Of a stretch of 64,000 nucleotides of DNA, positions 9,000 through 19,241 are shown piece by piece (within the stretch, counting starts at the first letter, position 1; each line of letters opens with the position of its first letter). A model generated the notes under the pieces. It saw only the letters and a program-made list of their open reading frames with translations, did no database searches and had not been told where the DNA came from. The DNA is from a virus (lineage: Duplodnaviria > Caudoviricetes): the IMG/VR virus record IMGVR_UViG_3300020388_000009; one strand, written 5' to 3'. The translations under genes were made by a program, and so were the position numbers.

Positions 9000-10736
9000 C
9001 TATATAGTATCTAAGCCATGAACTAATACTTTACCGTAGAATTCAGGACGAACTATTTTCTTAGCATAACGAGTCATAACACCTTTTCTTGGAGTAAAGT
9101 TGTCTGGATCGTATACCAATGGAGTCATAATTAATGGAATGTATGGAGAATATACAGCACCTGTTTCTAGGAACTGAGATCCACGATATCCCATTAAAAT
9201 AGAATTTTCAGTCATATATGGATTCTTATAAACTTGGAATCTAGAATTAATAGATCCAACTTTTTGAACACCCATTGCAAACTGCATTTTATCACCATCT
9301 GTATCAGCAGCATATCCTGGAATAGATTCTAGGATAGTCGCAACAGTTGGAGAACATACAAGGAAGTTAGCTCCACCTCTTAAAGTTAATTGGTGAATTT
9401 TGTTCGAAACTTTTTGTATTTTAGTACCTAAAGTTTGGAACCATGTTCCTTGGTTATATGCTTGAGCTGCAGAATTTCCGGCATTAAATCCACCAACGGC
9501 TGCATTATACTCATAACCTACTTTCGCAGACCATCTTTCAACAGTTTGAGCATTTTCTTGTAACATGCCTAAAATTTCTAAATCAATTTCTTGCGAAACG
9601 TATTCAGATAACATGCTAGTCAATTCTGCTTCAGCATCAATTGAATGATATGCATTTAAATCTTGGGCAAATTCTGGAGTCCATACTGCCTTCAACTTAC
9701 GTGTCTTTGCAACAATGGCTTCAGATCTCATTTCAAGATTAATTTCTGGAATATTTAAAGAAGTGGAGCCGTTCATGTCTTCGTTAGGAGCTTGATCTTC
9801 GTAGTCACCTCTAGTAATATCAGATGGTTGTAACGCAAATGATACTTTAAATGCAGATGTCGCTTTGATATCTGCATCTTTCTTAATTAAGAATTCAATA
9901 TGCGAACCGTTAGCAGTTGTTCTAGTAAATTCTGGATAGAATGCATTTGATCCAGACAAGTTAAATGAACGAACAGCTTCTTGATCATAACGAGCAGCTA
10001 CAGATGCATCTGAATGTAATGATTTAGAAGGTACTGATAAAATAACATGATTATCACCATGTACAGATGCAGAAAACTCAGAATTAAAGTTTGTAAAGAT
10101 ACCTAACTCTGTAGCAGTCATTGCATCACCTGCTGATGCAGCAGTAGATGTAAATAAACCAGTAGTTGCAGATATAGAACCAGTTCTTGCAGTAGTAATT
10201 CCAGATTCACCTAATGTAACAGAAGCACCTTCCACCATATTAACTGAATATCCAAAACGACCTGGGCCATAAAGACCTTCAGTTCCTGGTGTTCCTTTAC
10301 GAGCATCAGTGATACCAAATACAGAATCAGATTGAGCATCTTTTCCTTGACCAGTCAAGAAATCATTTCCACCTGCTTGGTCAATTTGATTAACCGCAGT
10401 ACCATATTTAAAGTCTAAGTAAAATACTAGACCAGATGGTAAGTTCATTGGTTGTACAGAAACAAAGTCTTTAGCAGCAATTTCAGCAAAAATTCTACGA
10501 ACTAATGGAAGAGCTACCCCTGACCATTCTTCTGAATTTGAGTTTCCACCTGTCGCAGATGCTTCTGTTACCAATTGCTTGGCTTGGTTCTCTAAAAGAA
10601 CGGCCATGCCTTTTCTTTCAACCTCTGATGATAATCCTTCCAATAAACCAGTCCTTTCCCACTTACGTTCAAGTGCGATAGCAGCTGCATTTTGATTGGC
10701 ACGACCATCTTGAGGCAATAATGAATTTATATTCAT
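9000..10736 (-). CDS. gp23: Major capsid protein (T4 gp23-like)
   Basis: LLENQ, LPLVRR, VQPMNLPSGLVFYL, AKTRKLKA.WTPEFAQDL..H..DAE.EL, Y.PYIPL, F.P..G.MTRY motifs. Confidence 0.95.
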   Translation of the reverse strand: MNINSLLPQDGRANQNAAAIALERKWERTGLLEGLSSEVERKGMAVLLENQAKQLVTEASATGGNSNSEEWSGVALPLVRRIFAEIAAKDFVSVQPMNLPSGLVFYLDFKYGTAVNQIDQAGGNDFLTGQGKDAQSDSVFGITDARKGTPGTEGLYGPGRFGYSVNMVEGASVTLGESGITTARTGSISATTGLFTSTAASAGDAMTATELGIFTNFNSEFSASVHGDNHVILSVPSKSLHSDASVAARYDQEAVRSFNLSGSNAFYPEFTRTTANGSHIEFLIKKDADIKATSAFKVSFALQPSDITRGDYEDQAPNEDMNGSTSLNIPEINLEMRSEAIVAKTRKLKAVWTPEFAQDLNAYHSIDAEAELTSMLSEYVSQEIDLEILGMLQENAQTVERWSAKVGYEYNAAVGGFNAGNSAAQAYNQGTWFQTLGTKIQKVSNKIHQLTLRGGANFLVCSPTVATILESIPGYAADTDGDKMQFAMGVQKVGSINSRFQVYKNPYMTENSILMGYRGSQFLETGAVYSPYIPLIMTPLVYDPDNFTPRKGVMTRYAKKIVRPEFYGKVLVHGLDTI

Positions 10737-10749
10737 TTTCTTTTCCTTT

Positions 10750-11655
10750 TTACAGATTAGCTAATTTTTTCCATCTAGCAGATAATGCAGTACCTTCAGA
10801 AATCACTTTCTTTGGAGCTGTTGACCGACTAGGTGTAGAAGCATAGCTTTCTTTGATTGATCTTTTTGTTTTACCATTCAAGTTAAACGATTCAGATAAT
10901 GTAGCATAAACTAATTTTACTTCACGAATAGATGAAGCGCGATCAAAGTTTTCAATTACTTTCATTTTCTGAGATTCATTCATTGAATGATTTTTAAACA
11001 ATTTGTTTGAGAATAATAATTTTGCATTAAGAAGATTAACTTCATTAATTTTACCTTTCAAGAATCGAATAACGTTGTAAGCTTCTTCTAAGTCTTTTTT
11101 AGATTCGCCTTCATCTTCTTTAGCTTCTTCCACAGGGGTTTCATCTGCTTCATCTTCTTCTCTTAAAGCATTAATAATTTCATCAATAGAAATATCTTCA
11201 TCTACTTCATCGCCGCGGCCTTCTTCAGCCACAGGAGCATCATCTTCACCTTCTGCATTTTCTGCAACTGGTTCTTCAGAAGCTGGTTCTTCTTCTTCAT
11301 GAATTTCAGATTCTAATTCTTTGATAATCGCTTCTAATTCTAGATCTTCATCTTCAGCTACCGGCTCATCTTCAGGTGCCATTTCTTCAGAATGAACATC
11401 CATTGGATCTTCATCTGCATCCATGATACCTCTGCCTTCAGCTGCTACTGGCTCTTCCACCGGTGGTTCTTCAGCTACTGGTTCAGCTTCTAATTCTGGT
11501 TCATCTAAACCTTCTTCTTCAGCTAATTTAGCAGATAACATTGATTGTAATCTAGGAGTAAAAGCTTCTTCTAATGCAATTTTAGCATTAGCAAGTGCAG
11601 TTTCTCTTACGGCTTTCGCGTCTGCAATTGCTTCTTTTAATAAATCATTTGCCAT
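10750..11655 (-). CDS. Prohead scaffolding/core protein (gp22-like)
   Basis: Highly acidic, helical, immediately upstream of MCP, many (I/L)xE sites, C-terminal RWKKLA. Confidence 0.75.
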   Translation of the reverse strand: MANDLLKEAIADAKAVRETALANAKIALEEAFTPRLQSMLSAKLAEEEGLDEPELEAEPVAEEPPVEEPVAAEGRGIMDADEDPMDVHSEEMAPEDEPVAEDEDLELEAIIKELESEIHEEEEPASEEPVAENAEGEDDAPVAEEGRGDEVDEDISIDEIINALREEDEADETPVEEAKEDEGESKKDLEEAYNVIRFLKGKINEVNLLNAKLLFSNKLFKNHSMNESQKMKVIENFDRASSIREVKLVYATLSESFNLNGKTKRSIKESYASTPSRSTAPKKVISEGTALSARWKKLANL

Positions 11656-11817
11656 GATTTTTCCTCTTATTTAATTTGGAAATAAGGCTATTAAGAGCCT
11701 CAATAGGAAGTACTAATGTACTTATTTAGATAGAATTCGAGTGACCGATTATTAAAATACGGTATCGTTAACATTTATATATATGCAGTAATTTACAAAA
11801 ACATTCGTTTAAAACGT

Positions 11818-11840
11818 AAAAAAGTGCCAAAAGGCACAAT
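11818..11840 (-). terminator. Intrinsic terminator after bS21
   Basis: GTGCC-TTTT-GGCAC-TTTTTT. Confidence 0.7.
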
Positions 11841-11842
11841 TT

Positions 11843-12094
11843 TTACTGATTCTGGTCATCTAACCATTGATAATACTTGGCTCGATCAACCTCCTCTTTT
11901 CGTTTTTGACCTTTTGATTTAAATTCTTTACGGTCTTTTAATTCTTGAATCTTCCCAGATTCTTTTAATTCTCTTTTAAAAGCTTTTAATGCTGAGTTTA
12001 TATCACCTTTTGGATATTGTTTTGTTGATAAAACTTTAACAGCTACACCTGCACCAGGTATAATACTTTTGAAATGTTTACTTTGTTTACTCAT
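11843..12094 (-). CDS. rpsU: Phage-encoded 30S ribosomal protein bS21
   Basis: V.V....DINSALKAFKR..KESG..QELKDRKEF.SK..KR pattern of bS21; located in the head module as is known for bS21 phages. Confidence 0.85.
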   Translation of the reverse strand: MSKQSKHFKSIIPGAGVAVKVLSTKQYPKGDINSALKAFKRELKESGKIQELKDRKEFKSKGQKRKEEVDRAKYYQWLDDQNQ

Positions 12095-12150
12095 GTAACT
12101 TATTTTATTTTAATATTAATTGATAATATAACAAATATATTTCAAACGTC

Positions 12151-12564
12151 CTAATCTTCTGATAAAGATTCACCTATCTTATAATAACGATTTAAAACAG
12201 TACCCATATCTTCATATGCCGATTCTAAACGTTGTTGCATTGAACTCATCTCTGTTGCAGTTTTTTCAAAAACTTTATAAGCTTCATTCATTTGTTTCAT
12301 ATGTCTAGAAGTAGTAACATTATCAAACCAATGTTCAGTTTCTGATAAAGTCATCTTTTCTGCCCGTTCTACCACGCTTTTTAGAGTCTCTGCAACTTCT
12401 TTTAATCTACCCGAACCATATACCATCTCACCTAACTTATGAAAATTACCGACTGCTTCAAGAAACTCATTACGTTCTTCTTTTGTCATTTTTTCATCAT
12501 CTGTTTCTCCTAAATATTTTTCATTTAAGATATGCTTCATTAATTTGTTTTCGTATTTGTTCAT
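12151..12564 (-). CDS. Hypothetical head-module protein
   Basis: 137 aa, helical. Confidence 0.6.
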   Translation of the reverse strand: MNKYENKLMKHILNEKYLGETDDEKMTKEERNEFLEAVGNFHKLGEMVYGSGRLKEVAETLKSVVERAEKMTLSETEHWFDNVTTSRHMKQMNEAYKVFEKTATEMSSMQQRLESAYEDMGTVLNRYYKIGESLSED

Positions 12565-12866
12565 TATATATCTCCTATATCTGCAGAAAAAGTATCTTGT
12601 TTAGCTAAATTTTGTTTCCGATCTAACATTTTTCCCATTGCAGCAACTTGCTTTTCTGCTCCTTGCAAATATCTAGCAACTTGATTTTGTAATTGTTGAT
12701 ATTGAGGATCACCAGTTTCTTCATCTTTAGCTTCTAATGCAGTTACTATTTCTTTTTGAAAATCTTCCATTGCTGTGAGTAGTCCATTTGTTTGTTCAAT
12801 AAAGTATGCATAATCAACTGGTTCTGATTGTTCCTTTAATAATTTACTTAATTTTATCCTACTCAT
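12564..12866 (-). CDS. Hypothetical head-module protein (likely start MSRIKLSKLLKE)
   Basis: Start chosen at 12866 to minimise overlap with the upstream ORF. Confidence 0.55.
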   Translation of the reverse strand: MSRIKLSKLLKEQSEPVDYAYFIEQTNGLLTAMEDFQKEIVTALEAKDEETGDPQYQQLQNQVARYLQGAEKQVAAMGKMLDRKQNLAKQDTFSADIGDI

Positions 12867-13068
12867 AACTTCTCTCCGCTGGTATATTTCCGAACACGTC
12901 CGGTCCAGATGGTTTAGTTCCATTTTTTGATTTACTAGCATATTTACTACGACCATCCTCTAACCCTGATGTTCCTTCATTTGCCAATGTATCAAATACT
13001 TCGCCAGTACCTTTTGATCCTTTTTTATTATAAGGACCGTATTGTGATTGTAAATCTTCTAATGCCAT
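12859..13068 (-). CDS. Hypothetical protein
   Basis: 69 aa ORF abutting the protease gene. Confidence 0.55.
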   Translation of the reverse strand: MALEDLQSQYGPYNKKGSKGTGEVFDTLANEGTSGLEDGRSKYASKSKNGTKPSGPDVFGNIPAERSYE

Positions 13069-13070
13069 AA

Positions 13071-13676
13071 TTAAAACTCCGTTATAATATCAGTAATAAT
13101 ACGTTCTACATTTGCAAATTTATTTGCAGTAACAGATCCTTTAGATTCATTTACTGGAGATAAAAATGCTCCATGAGTGGATGGATTAGAAACAAAGTCA
13201 AATGCAATTAATTCAAAGTCTGGCTGTACCTCTAATGTATCTCCGCCTTCTCTCATTACTTCTTTAACAGATCCCATTCCTCGTGATGATATACCTAATC
13301 GTATACCTGATTTAAAAAGTTCTTTAAGAATATTTCCTGCAGGAGTTCCTAACACTTCAACTTTACCTACCAAATCATCCCCTTGCCATCCCATTTCTAA
13401 AACGTTATGAGATACATTATTTAAATTAACTACCGATGAATCCGGATGATCCAATTCTCCTAATGCACGTCGTTCTTTGATAAATGTAGCAGAATAATTA
13501 TTTGCTTCACGCATTAAAGTTTCTTTTGGATAAATTCTTCCATTTTGATTTTTTGCTTCTGCTCTCTGAAGAACTCCTTTTACAATTAATTTACCATTAT
13601 TTTGAGTTAATGATTCATTTATTGCTTGGGGTGATACTTCAAATACTGTATAATCTACTAAAAGTTGCTTATTCAT
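13071..13676 (-). CDS. gp21: Prohead core protease (T4 gp21-like)
   Basis: NQNGRIYP, ALGELDHP, VSH, GISSRGMGS, FDFVSNPS. Confidence 0.95.
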   Translation of the reverse strand: MNKQLLVDYTVFEVSPQAINESLTQNNGKLIVKGVLQRAEAKNQNGRIYPKETLMREANNYSATFIKERRALGELDHPDSSVVNLNNVSHNVLEMGWQGDDLVGKVEVLGTPAGNILKELFKSGIRLGISSRGMGSVKEVMREGGDTLEVQPDFELIAFDFVSNPSTHGAFLSPVNESKGSVTANKFANVERIITDIITEF

Positions 13677-13678
13677 TT

Positions 13679-13831
13679 TTATCCTTTATTATATAATCCT
13701 GAATTTATAAAAGCAACGTGTTGTTCGTATCGCTTTCTTTCATCTGCATATTTACGTTTTTGTTCTTGTAATGTTAAATTTTGGTTTTCTTTAGCCTTTA
13801 CAAATTGTTGCCAAGTTCTATTTAATATCAT
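13679..13831 (-). CDS. Small hypothetical protein (50 aa)
   Basis: Hand-translated MILNRTWQQFVKAKE...GLYNKG; fills the gap with an ATGA overlap. Confidence 0.5.
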   Translation of the reverse strand: MILNRTWQQFVKAKENQNLTLQEQKRKYADERKRYEQHVAFINSGLYNKG

Positions 13832-14475
13832 TGTGATAGTTCCTTTAATCGATTTGCTACTCGTAACATGCGTTCATTAATTTTTGCAAAACGTCTACCA
13901 GTTGCTTTCCAGAAATGGCCGGACTGTACTCCCATTTCGGTTTTCAATCGTAAATTGTTATTGACGATTTTTTCCATCTCGCCTAACATTTTATTAACTT
14001 CCATGATACCTCTGTTAACTTTTTGTTGAGGAGTTGATGTAGGATCTTTTTTATAATCGCGATATGAAATTTCATGAAGATCTTCCATAGTTGATATCAT
14101 TTTTTTATACATACTTTCAAAATGCTTTTCAGAAGATTTAGATTTTTTATAATCAAATACTTCTGCATTATCATTTTCATCTTCCGATTTACCAAATGCA
14201 TGAGGAGTTTTTACAGGACCTTCGCCGCCATCTAAATTACCAGTCACATTAGCTTCTTCTAATTCTTTATCTTTAACAGCCTTTTTCATTGGCTCTTTTT
14301 TATCACCATCACCGTCCATATCTAAATAATCTGGCTTAGCGGCTTCATCAACTTCTTTATCTTTAACGGCCTTTTTAAAAGGCTCTGTTTTATCACCATC
14401 TTTATCTACGTCCATGAAATCGGGTTTAGCTTTTGCTTCTTGTAAATATTTTTGCAATTCTTCGATTAGTTTCAT
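13828..14475 (-). CDS. Head-associated protein with two DxDxDG Ca-binding-like repeats
   Basis: KPDFMDVDKDGDKTEPFKKAVKDKE and KPDYLDMDGDGDKKEPMKKAVKDKE. Confidence 0.65.
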   Translation of the reverse strand: MKLIEELQKYLQEAKAKPDFMDVDKDGDKTEPFKKAVKDKEVDEAAKPDYLDMDGDGDKKEPMKKAVKDKELEEANVTGNLDGGEGPVKTPHAFGKSEDENDNAEVFDYKKSKSSEKHFESMYKKMISTMEDLHEISYRDYKKDPTSTPQQKVNRGIMEVNKMLGEMEKIVNNNLRLKTEMGVQSGHFWKATGRRFAKINERMLRVANRLKELSQ

Positions 14476-14479
14476 AACA

Positions 14480-14809
14480 TTATCCTATTTTAATACCTTT
14501 AAATACAAATATCTTAGGGGTGTCTGCAACTGAACCTGAAATTTGAATTACAGACAAATCATGTATTTCTCCAGTATTTAGATTAGGTGCATATAATTCG
14601 CCTCCCTGGACTAAACTCATTGTCGCTTTTCCAGGAGCAGCTATCAATACGGGGCCATAACCTAACATCGATCCGGTAAAATCGACTTGCCCTCCGGTAT
14701 ATTCATATACTGCATTATATTTTCCAGTACCTGGATGTATGTTATGTGCATAATATGCATCTGATATACTTGACGATACCCAATATGGATTATCATATAC
14801 TCTAGCCAT
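14480..14809 (-). CDS. Hypothetical virion protein
   Basis: 109 aa, beta-rich. Confidence 0.55.
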   Translation of the reverse strand: MARVYDNPYWVSSSISDAYYAHNIHPGTGKYNAVYEYTGGQVDFTGSMLGYGPVLIAAPGKATMSLVQGGELYAPNLNTGEIHDLSVIQISGSVADTPKIFVFKGIKIG

Positions 14810-15651
14810 TACTTAGTCTCCATATTTTTAAGTTCATTAACTAGTTCATAATATCGTAACATTGTTAATACATCCTTATCTTGAATAGAATGTTGATTAG
14901 ATAATTTAGTTAATAAATTGGCAACCTCAGTTAATTTAATACGAATTACTTTATTAGGTACAGTTGACTTTAATGATATTATATTAGATTTCAATTCTGC
15001 AGTTTCTTTTAAAATATATTTTTTAAGTTTTACAGAATTTGTCACATTATTAATATATTCACGAAGCATATTTTTCTGTGCCATTGATAATGTATTATAT
15101 TTTTCATTGAATTTATCTACAACTAATTTTGATGCCAACAATCTAACATCTTTATGTTGTGAAGATAATGTTGGAGCATTTTGCTTTTTTAAATTTTCAG
15201 TTTGAATATGTTCTATTAAAACATGTTTACTTGATACATATTCAGCCGGTTGGTCGGCTTCCGCAAATTCAAATATTTTATATGTAGATGCATGCACTTT
15301 ATAATTTGTAATTCTAGATTTAAAAAAGTCTTCTAAATTATAAGTGCTTTTCAAATCTTTTATCAAATTATATTTATCTCGCCTTAATTGTATCTCATTG
15401 AGTTGTTTACGAGATCTTATAACTGCATCTATTAAATCAACTGCTTTTGATTCCGATAAAAATTTTTCTTGTGCGACAGTGCGATATAATTTTAATTCTT
15501 TAGCTAATTCTGAATTAGATTTAAAATGTTTTTTAATCACGCGAAGTGCTTTTGAATTTTTATTATTCATTGTGTCCGAAGCCACCTGTCGTACGAGCAA
15601 TTCAAATATAATACCGGTATTTTTAACCTTAGAATGTTTTATTCGTTTCAT
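14809..15651 (-). CDS. Hypothetical head-module protein
   Basis: 280 aa basic helical protein downstream of the portal gene. Confidence 0.65.
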   Translation of the reverse strand: MKRIKHSKVKNTGIIFELLVRQVASDTMNNKNSKALRVIKKHFKSNSELAKELKLYRTVAQEKFLSESKAVDLIDAVIRSRKQLNEIQLRRDKYNLIKDLKSTYNLEDFFKSRITNYKVHASTYKIFEFAEADQPAEYVSSKHVLIEHIQTENLKKQNAPTLSSQHKDVRLLASKLVVDKFNEKYNTLSMAQKNMLREYINNVTNSVKLKKYILKETAELKSNIISLKSTVPNKVIRIKLTEVANLLTKLSNQHSIQDKDVLTMLRYYELVNELKNMETK

Positions 15652-15717
15652 GAAGCATCGCCCTGTATAATCATACTTTTTAATAAATATGCTATTGTTT
15701 TAGAAATCAATATATAA

Positions 15718-17604
15718 TTATTCCTCAATTAATTGAGACTCATCTAACATTGTTCCAGAATCTGGTTCACTTGATTCATTTATTAATGTTTGTTTTAAAA
15801 TTTTAGATGATTTCATTGAATTAATTAATGAATTTATTTGTATATTTTCTGTACTTAAAGGCGATCCACCACGGTACTGATGTTGTAATGGTGACTTATC
15901 TGTGGATAATGACGAGCCTAATGATTTAATTGCCAATGGATCACGTCCATGTGGTGAATCATGAGTCCCCCATGATTGATGTTTTTCTGGGCGACCTGTA
16001 CCTGCTACATGTTCTTGCTCCTGGCCTGGTAATAAACCTCCTTTATTTGCAACATGCATTGAAGCAATGTCATGAGGCGTACCAAATGATTGATTTGTTT
16101 TTACAGGATCATTACCTTCTGATTTAATTTGTTCGCGACGGAAATCTTGTTTTAAATCTTCTATTACTTGTTCTTGTTCTCTAGTCCATTCATCATGACT
16201 TAATCCAAATACATTTTCATATATCCATCGTTGCGAAAATAAATTAGATTCTTTCATATTTGTAGCTAATCCAATTTTACTTTCTAATACTTCTACTTTT
16301 TGTTTTTCGTATATAATAGATGGGTTAGTTAAAGATAACTCAAAATTAACTAAATCCGCATCTTTATATCCTTGTGTATATAAATGTACAATTGCAATTT
16401 TAGTTAATTCAGATACAAATATTTTTTGTATACGTTCAATTGTTCTTGCAAACCGAACATCTTCTGCTGCTAATGTTGCCTTTCCTTCAACTCCTTCATC
16501 ATAACCTAAAAATGCTTTTGGTATTTTTAATGCAGAAAATAATTTATTTTTCAAGTAATCAATATCTTCAATTTGCCCTTCAGATGATAGACCTGGTAAT
16601 GCTTCAATTGATGTACCAGACTCGCCTCCACGAACTGGCATAAAATAATCTTCAATCATATTTTGCATATTAAATTTAAGATTATAATCTCCAGTCTTTT
16701 CATCAATATAAGGAACTTTTTTCATTTTACTCACAATTCCTTGAATATGGTTATCTACTTCTGCTGGTGGAATATTACCTACATCAATTTTAAATATTCT
16801 ACGTTCTGGCGCTCTCATTATACGATGAATTAACATTGCATCTTCCATAAGAGTTAATTGTTTAAATATTTTTCTAGCAGGTTCAATCATCGATTTACCA
16901 TATGGTAAAAAGTTTGTATCAGATAACATACGAAAATGAGCTATTTCAAAAGGTTGAAATTCTTGAGCATTTTGTTGATTATGATCAAATGATGCAAAAT
17001 TATGAGAACCGCCTCCATGCGTATTTTGTAATGTAAATTTATACGCATACGGATTGTTTTCATCAAATCCTTCTTCTCTCATAATTTCATATGCAGATAA
17101 AGGCATTACATTTACAATTCCAACTTCTTCTTCTATATCTAAATGTAGATAAAAATCACCATATTTACATGCATTTCTAATCCATGGCCATAAGTTATAA
17201 TCTATATTTAATATATCATAAAATAAATTTCTTAAAATTTTTCGTATTTCATCGTTTGGAGAAGTGATAGTTAATGTATCACCATCCGGATCTTTTACAG
17301 TGGATTCGTCAGCGTAAATATCTAAAGCAGATGATAATATAGGATCCATATCCATGGATTCATAATCTGTAAATAATTCTACTTTAGATGTATGAAATGT
17401 CTGATTTTGGTTATATGTTCCATATCCCGGGGTTCCTCTGTGAACGCCGGAGAACCTGTCCACATAACGTTTATTAGATAAATTACCGGTTGATTGTAAT
17501 CGATTTGTATCAACCGCCTTTAATCTATTTTTTGAGATTCTACGTACAACTACGTTAGTTGCAAATAATCTACTTAATCGTGCTCTTAATGAAGTATCTG
17601 TCAT
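15718..17604 (-). CDS. gp20: Portal protein (T4 gp20-like)
   Basis: LMEDAMLIHRIMRAPERRIFKIDVGN, EDYFMP.R, I..LPG, DIDY...KL...LK.P. Confidence 0.95.
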   Translation of the reverse strand: MTDTSLRARLSRLFATNVVVRRISKNRLKAVDTNRLQSTGNLSNKRYVDRFSGVHRGTPGYGTYNQNQTFHTSKVELFTDYESMDMDPILSSALDIYADESTVKDPDGDTLTITSPNDEIRKILRNLFYDILNIDYNLWPWIRNACKYGDFYLHLDIEEEVGIVNVMPLSAYEIMREEGFDENNPYAYKFTLQNTHGGGSHNFASFDHNQQNAQEFQPFEIAHFRMLSDTNFLPYGKSMIEPARKIFKQLTLMEDAMLIHRIMRAPERRIFKIDVGNIPPAEVDNHIQGIVSKMKKVPYIDEKTGDYNLKFNMQNMIEDYFMPVRGGESGTSIEALPGLSSEGQIEDIDYLKNKLFSALKIPKAFLGYDEGVEGKATLAAEDVRFARTIERIQKIFVSELTKIAIVHLYTQGYKDADLVNFELSLTNPSIIYEKQKVEVLESKIGLATNMKESNLFSQRWIYENVFGLSHDEWTREQEQVIEDLKQDFRREQIKSEGNDPVKTNQSFGTPHDIASMHVANKGGLLPGQEQEHVAGTGRPEKHQSWGTHDSPHGRDPLAIKSLGSSLSTDKSPLQHQYRGGSPLSTENIQINSLINSMKSSKILKQTLINESSEPDSGTMLDESQLIEE

Positions 17605-17626
17605 AATTTACCTATATAAATAAATA

Positions 17627-19204
17627 TTAGAGTAGCCATTTTAAATCGGAATTTTCACCATCTCCGGATTTCCATTGCCATTCTTTTGGAGTTTGCTGAT
17701 TAGCTGAATATACTCCTTGCGATTTTCCAAAATGTCCTAATGCTTTTCTATTTAAATCCATTCCTTGTTGTTGCAATCTTAATGCCGTATCACGCATCCA
17801 TAACCCTGTAGAAAATGACATTACAAGATCATCATTATAGCCTCGAGCAGCTTCTGCTCTATGACCTAACCAAACAAATGTAAATAACTCGTCTATCAAT
17901 CGTTTTGAATGAACTATCGGTGTCTTATCTCTAAAATATGTTTCTAATTTTGATATTACTAATGGACGAGTTCTTGATGTCATTGAAAATCCAGGGACAG
18001 TTTTTGACTTACCTTTTAAATCATAACCTTTACGTAAATGTATATCTTCATCCACATATCCATCTTGTTTATACGAATAATATAAATTTGAATATCCTTT
18101 ATCTAACGCAACTTGAATTGATGCCCAGCCAATATTTGCATTTTCAATAACTAGCAATGCATTGTTATATTCTGTTGCAACTGCAATTAACATATTACCA
18201 TATTCGGTAGTACCAATTTTACCTTTATATTCTGCAACTTGATGACATGTTTCAGTATCAAATACATGAAAGGCTGAATAATCCGTGGAATCGCCTCTCG
18301 CGACGTCAGCTACTACCATATAATTTTTGTTATAATCAGCATATTCCCATATCCAGAAATTAGAATCCATACCTCTTTTTTCAACTGGATCTTTAACGTG
18401 AGTATCTGCGTACCATTGTAATATTGCACCATCGACTACGGTATGACCTGATGATATAAAATCGCAATCACATTCTTGAGCAGCTCCCTTTTCTCCTAAT
18501 AACAAAGTTTGTTTTTCACGCCAAGCTTCATCTCGGTCTGGATGTACTGTCCAATGCAATTTTATTGTATTAAATTCTCCACCTGCTTCTGCATCTACCC
18601 ACATTCTATGAAACCAGTTACCTACCCCATTCGGAGTTGATAATGCAACGCAATCACCACCGGTGGCTAATGTTTGTTGTGCTGCGGTCCATATTTCATC
18701 AATGCGGTCAATAAAGGCTGCTTCATCAAAAATTAATAATGATAATGCTTCTGAACGACCGGCATCACCTTTAGATGATATTGCCTTTATTTGAGATCCA
18801 TTTGCATATCTTAATGATAATTTATTATCTTCTAACGTTTTACCTTTTAACCAGTTAGGTAAATTTTCATTCATTACTCGAACTTTAGTTACAAGATTTT
18901 TTGCAACGTCTTGTTTTGTTGCAATTACTAGTACATTGAAATCTGATCGAAATATCATTCTCCATAAAGCATATCCAGCAGTTAATGTTGATATACCTAA
19001 TTGACGTGATTTTAATATAATATTATATCGGTTTTCTTTAAGTTGAGTTAATGAATCTTCTTGAAATGGATATAAGTTAAACAACATTTTACCTTTAGTA
19101 GGATGTTGGATAATGCAATATTTACGCATGAAATGTATCGGATCCTGCGAACATCGTTTGTATTCGTCACTAATAATTTGCTTAAGAGATTTTTTAACTG
19201 CCAT
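17627..19204 (-). CDS. gp17: Terminase large subunit (T4 gp17-like)
   Basis: LYPFQ, KSRQLGIST, IFDEAAF, STPNG, ADVARG..DYS, NDDLVM. Confidence 0.95.
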   Translation of the reverse strand: MAVKKSLKQIISDEYKRCSQDPIHFMRKYCIIQHPTKGKMLFNLYPFQEDSLTQLKENRYNIILKSRQLGISTLTAGYALWRMIFRSDFNVLVIATKQDVAKNLVTKVRVMNENLPNWLKGKTLEDNKLSLRYANGSQIKAISSKGDAGRSEALSLLIFDEAAFIDRIDEIWTAAQQTLATGGDCVALSTPNGVGNWFHRMWVDAEAGGEFNTIKLHWTVHPDRDEAWREKQTLLLGEKGAAQECDCDFISSGHTVVDGAILQWYADTHVKDPVEKRGMDSNFWIWEYADYNKNYMVVADVARGDSTDYSAFHVFDTETCHQVAEYKGKIGTTEYGNMLIAVATEYNNALLVIENANIGWASIQVALDKGYSNLYYSYKQDGYVDEDIHLRKGYDLKGKSKTVPGFSMTSRTRPLVISKLETYFRDKTPIVHSKRLIDELFTFVWLGHRAEAARGYNDDLVMSFSTGLWMRDTALRLQQQGMDLNRKALGHFGKSQGVYSANQQTPKEWQWKSGDGENSDLKWLL

Positions 19205-19241
19205 TACGTTTAATATAATAAATTATTTGCAATATTACAAA

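Noticed and set aside
17627-19204. Intein or intron in terminase, portal, primase or ligase
   Set aside because: Lengths are ordinary and no splicing or homing-endonuclease motifs were seen.
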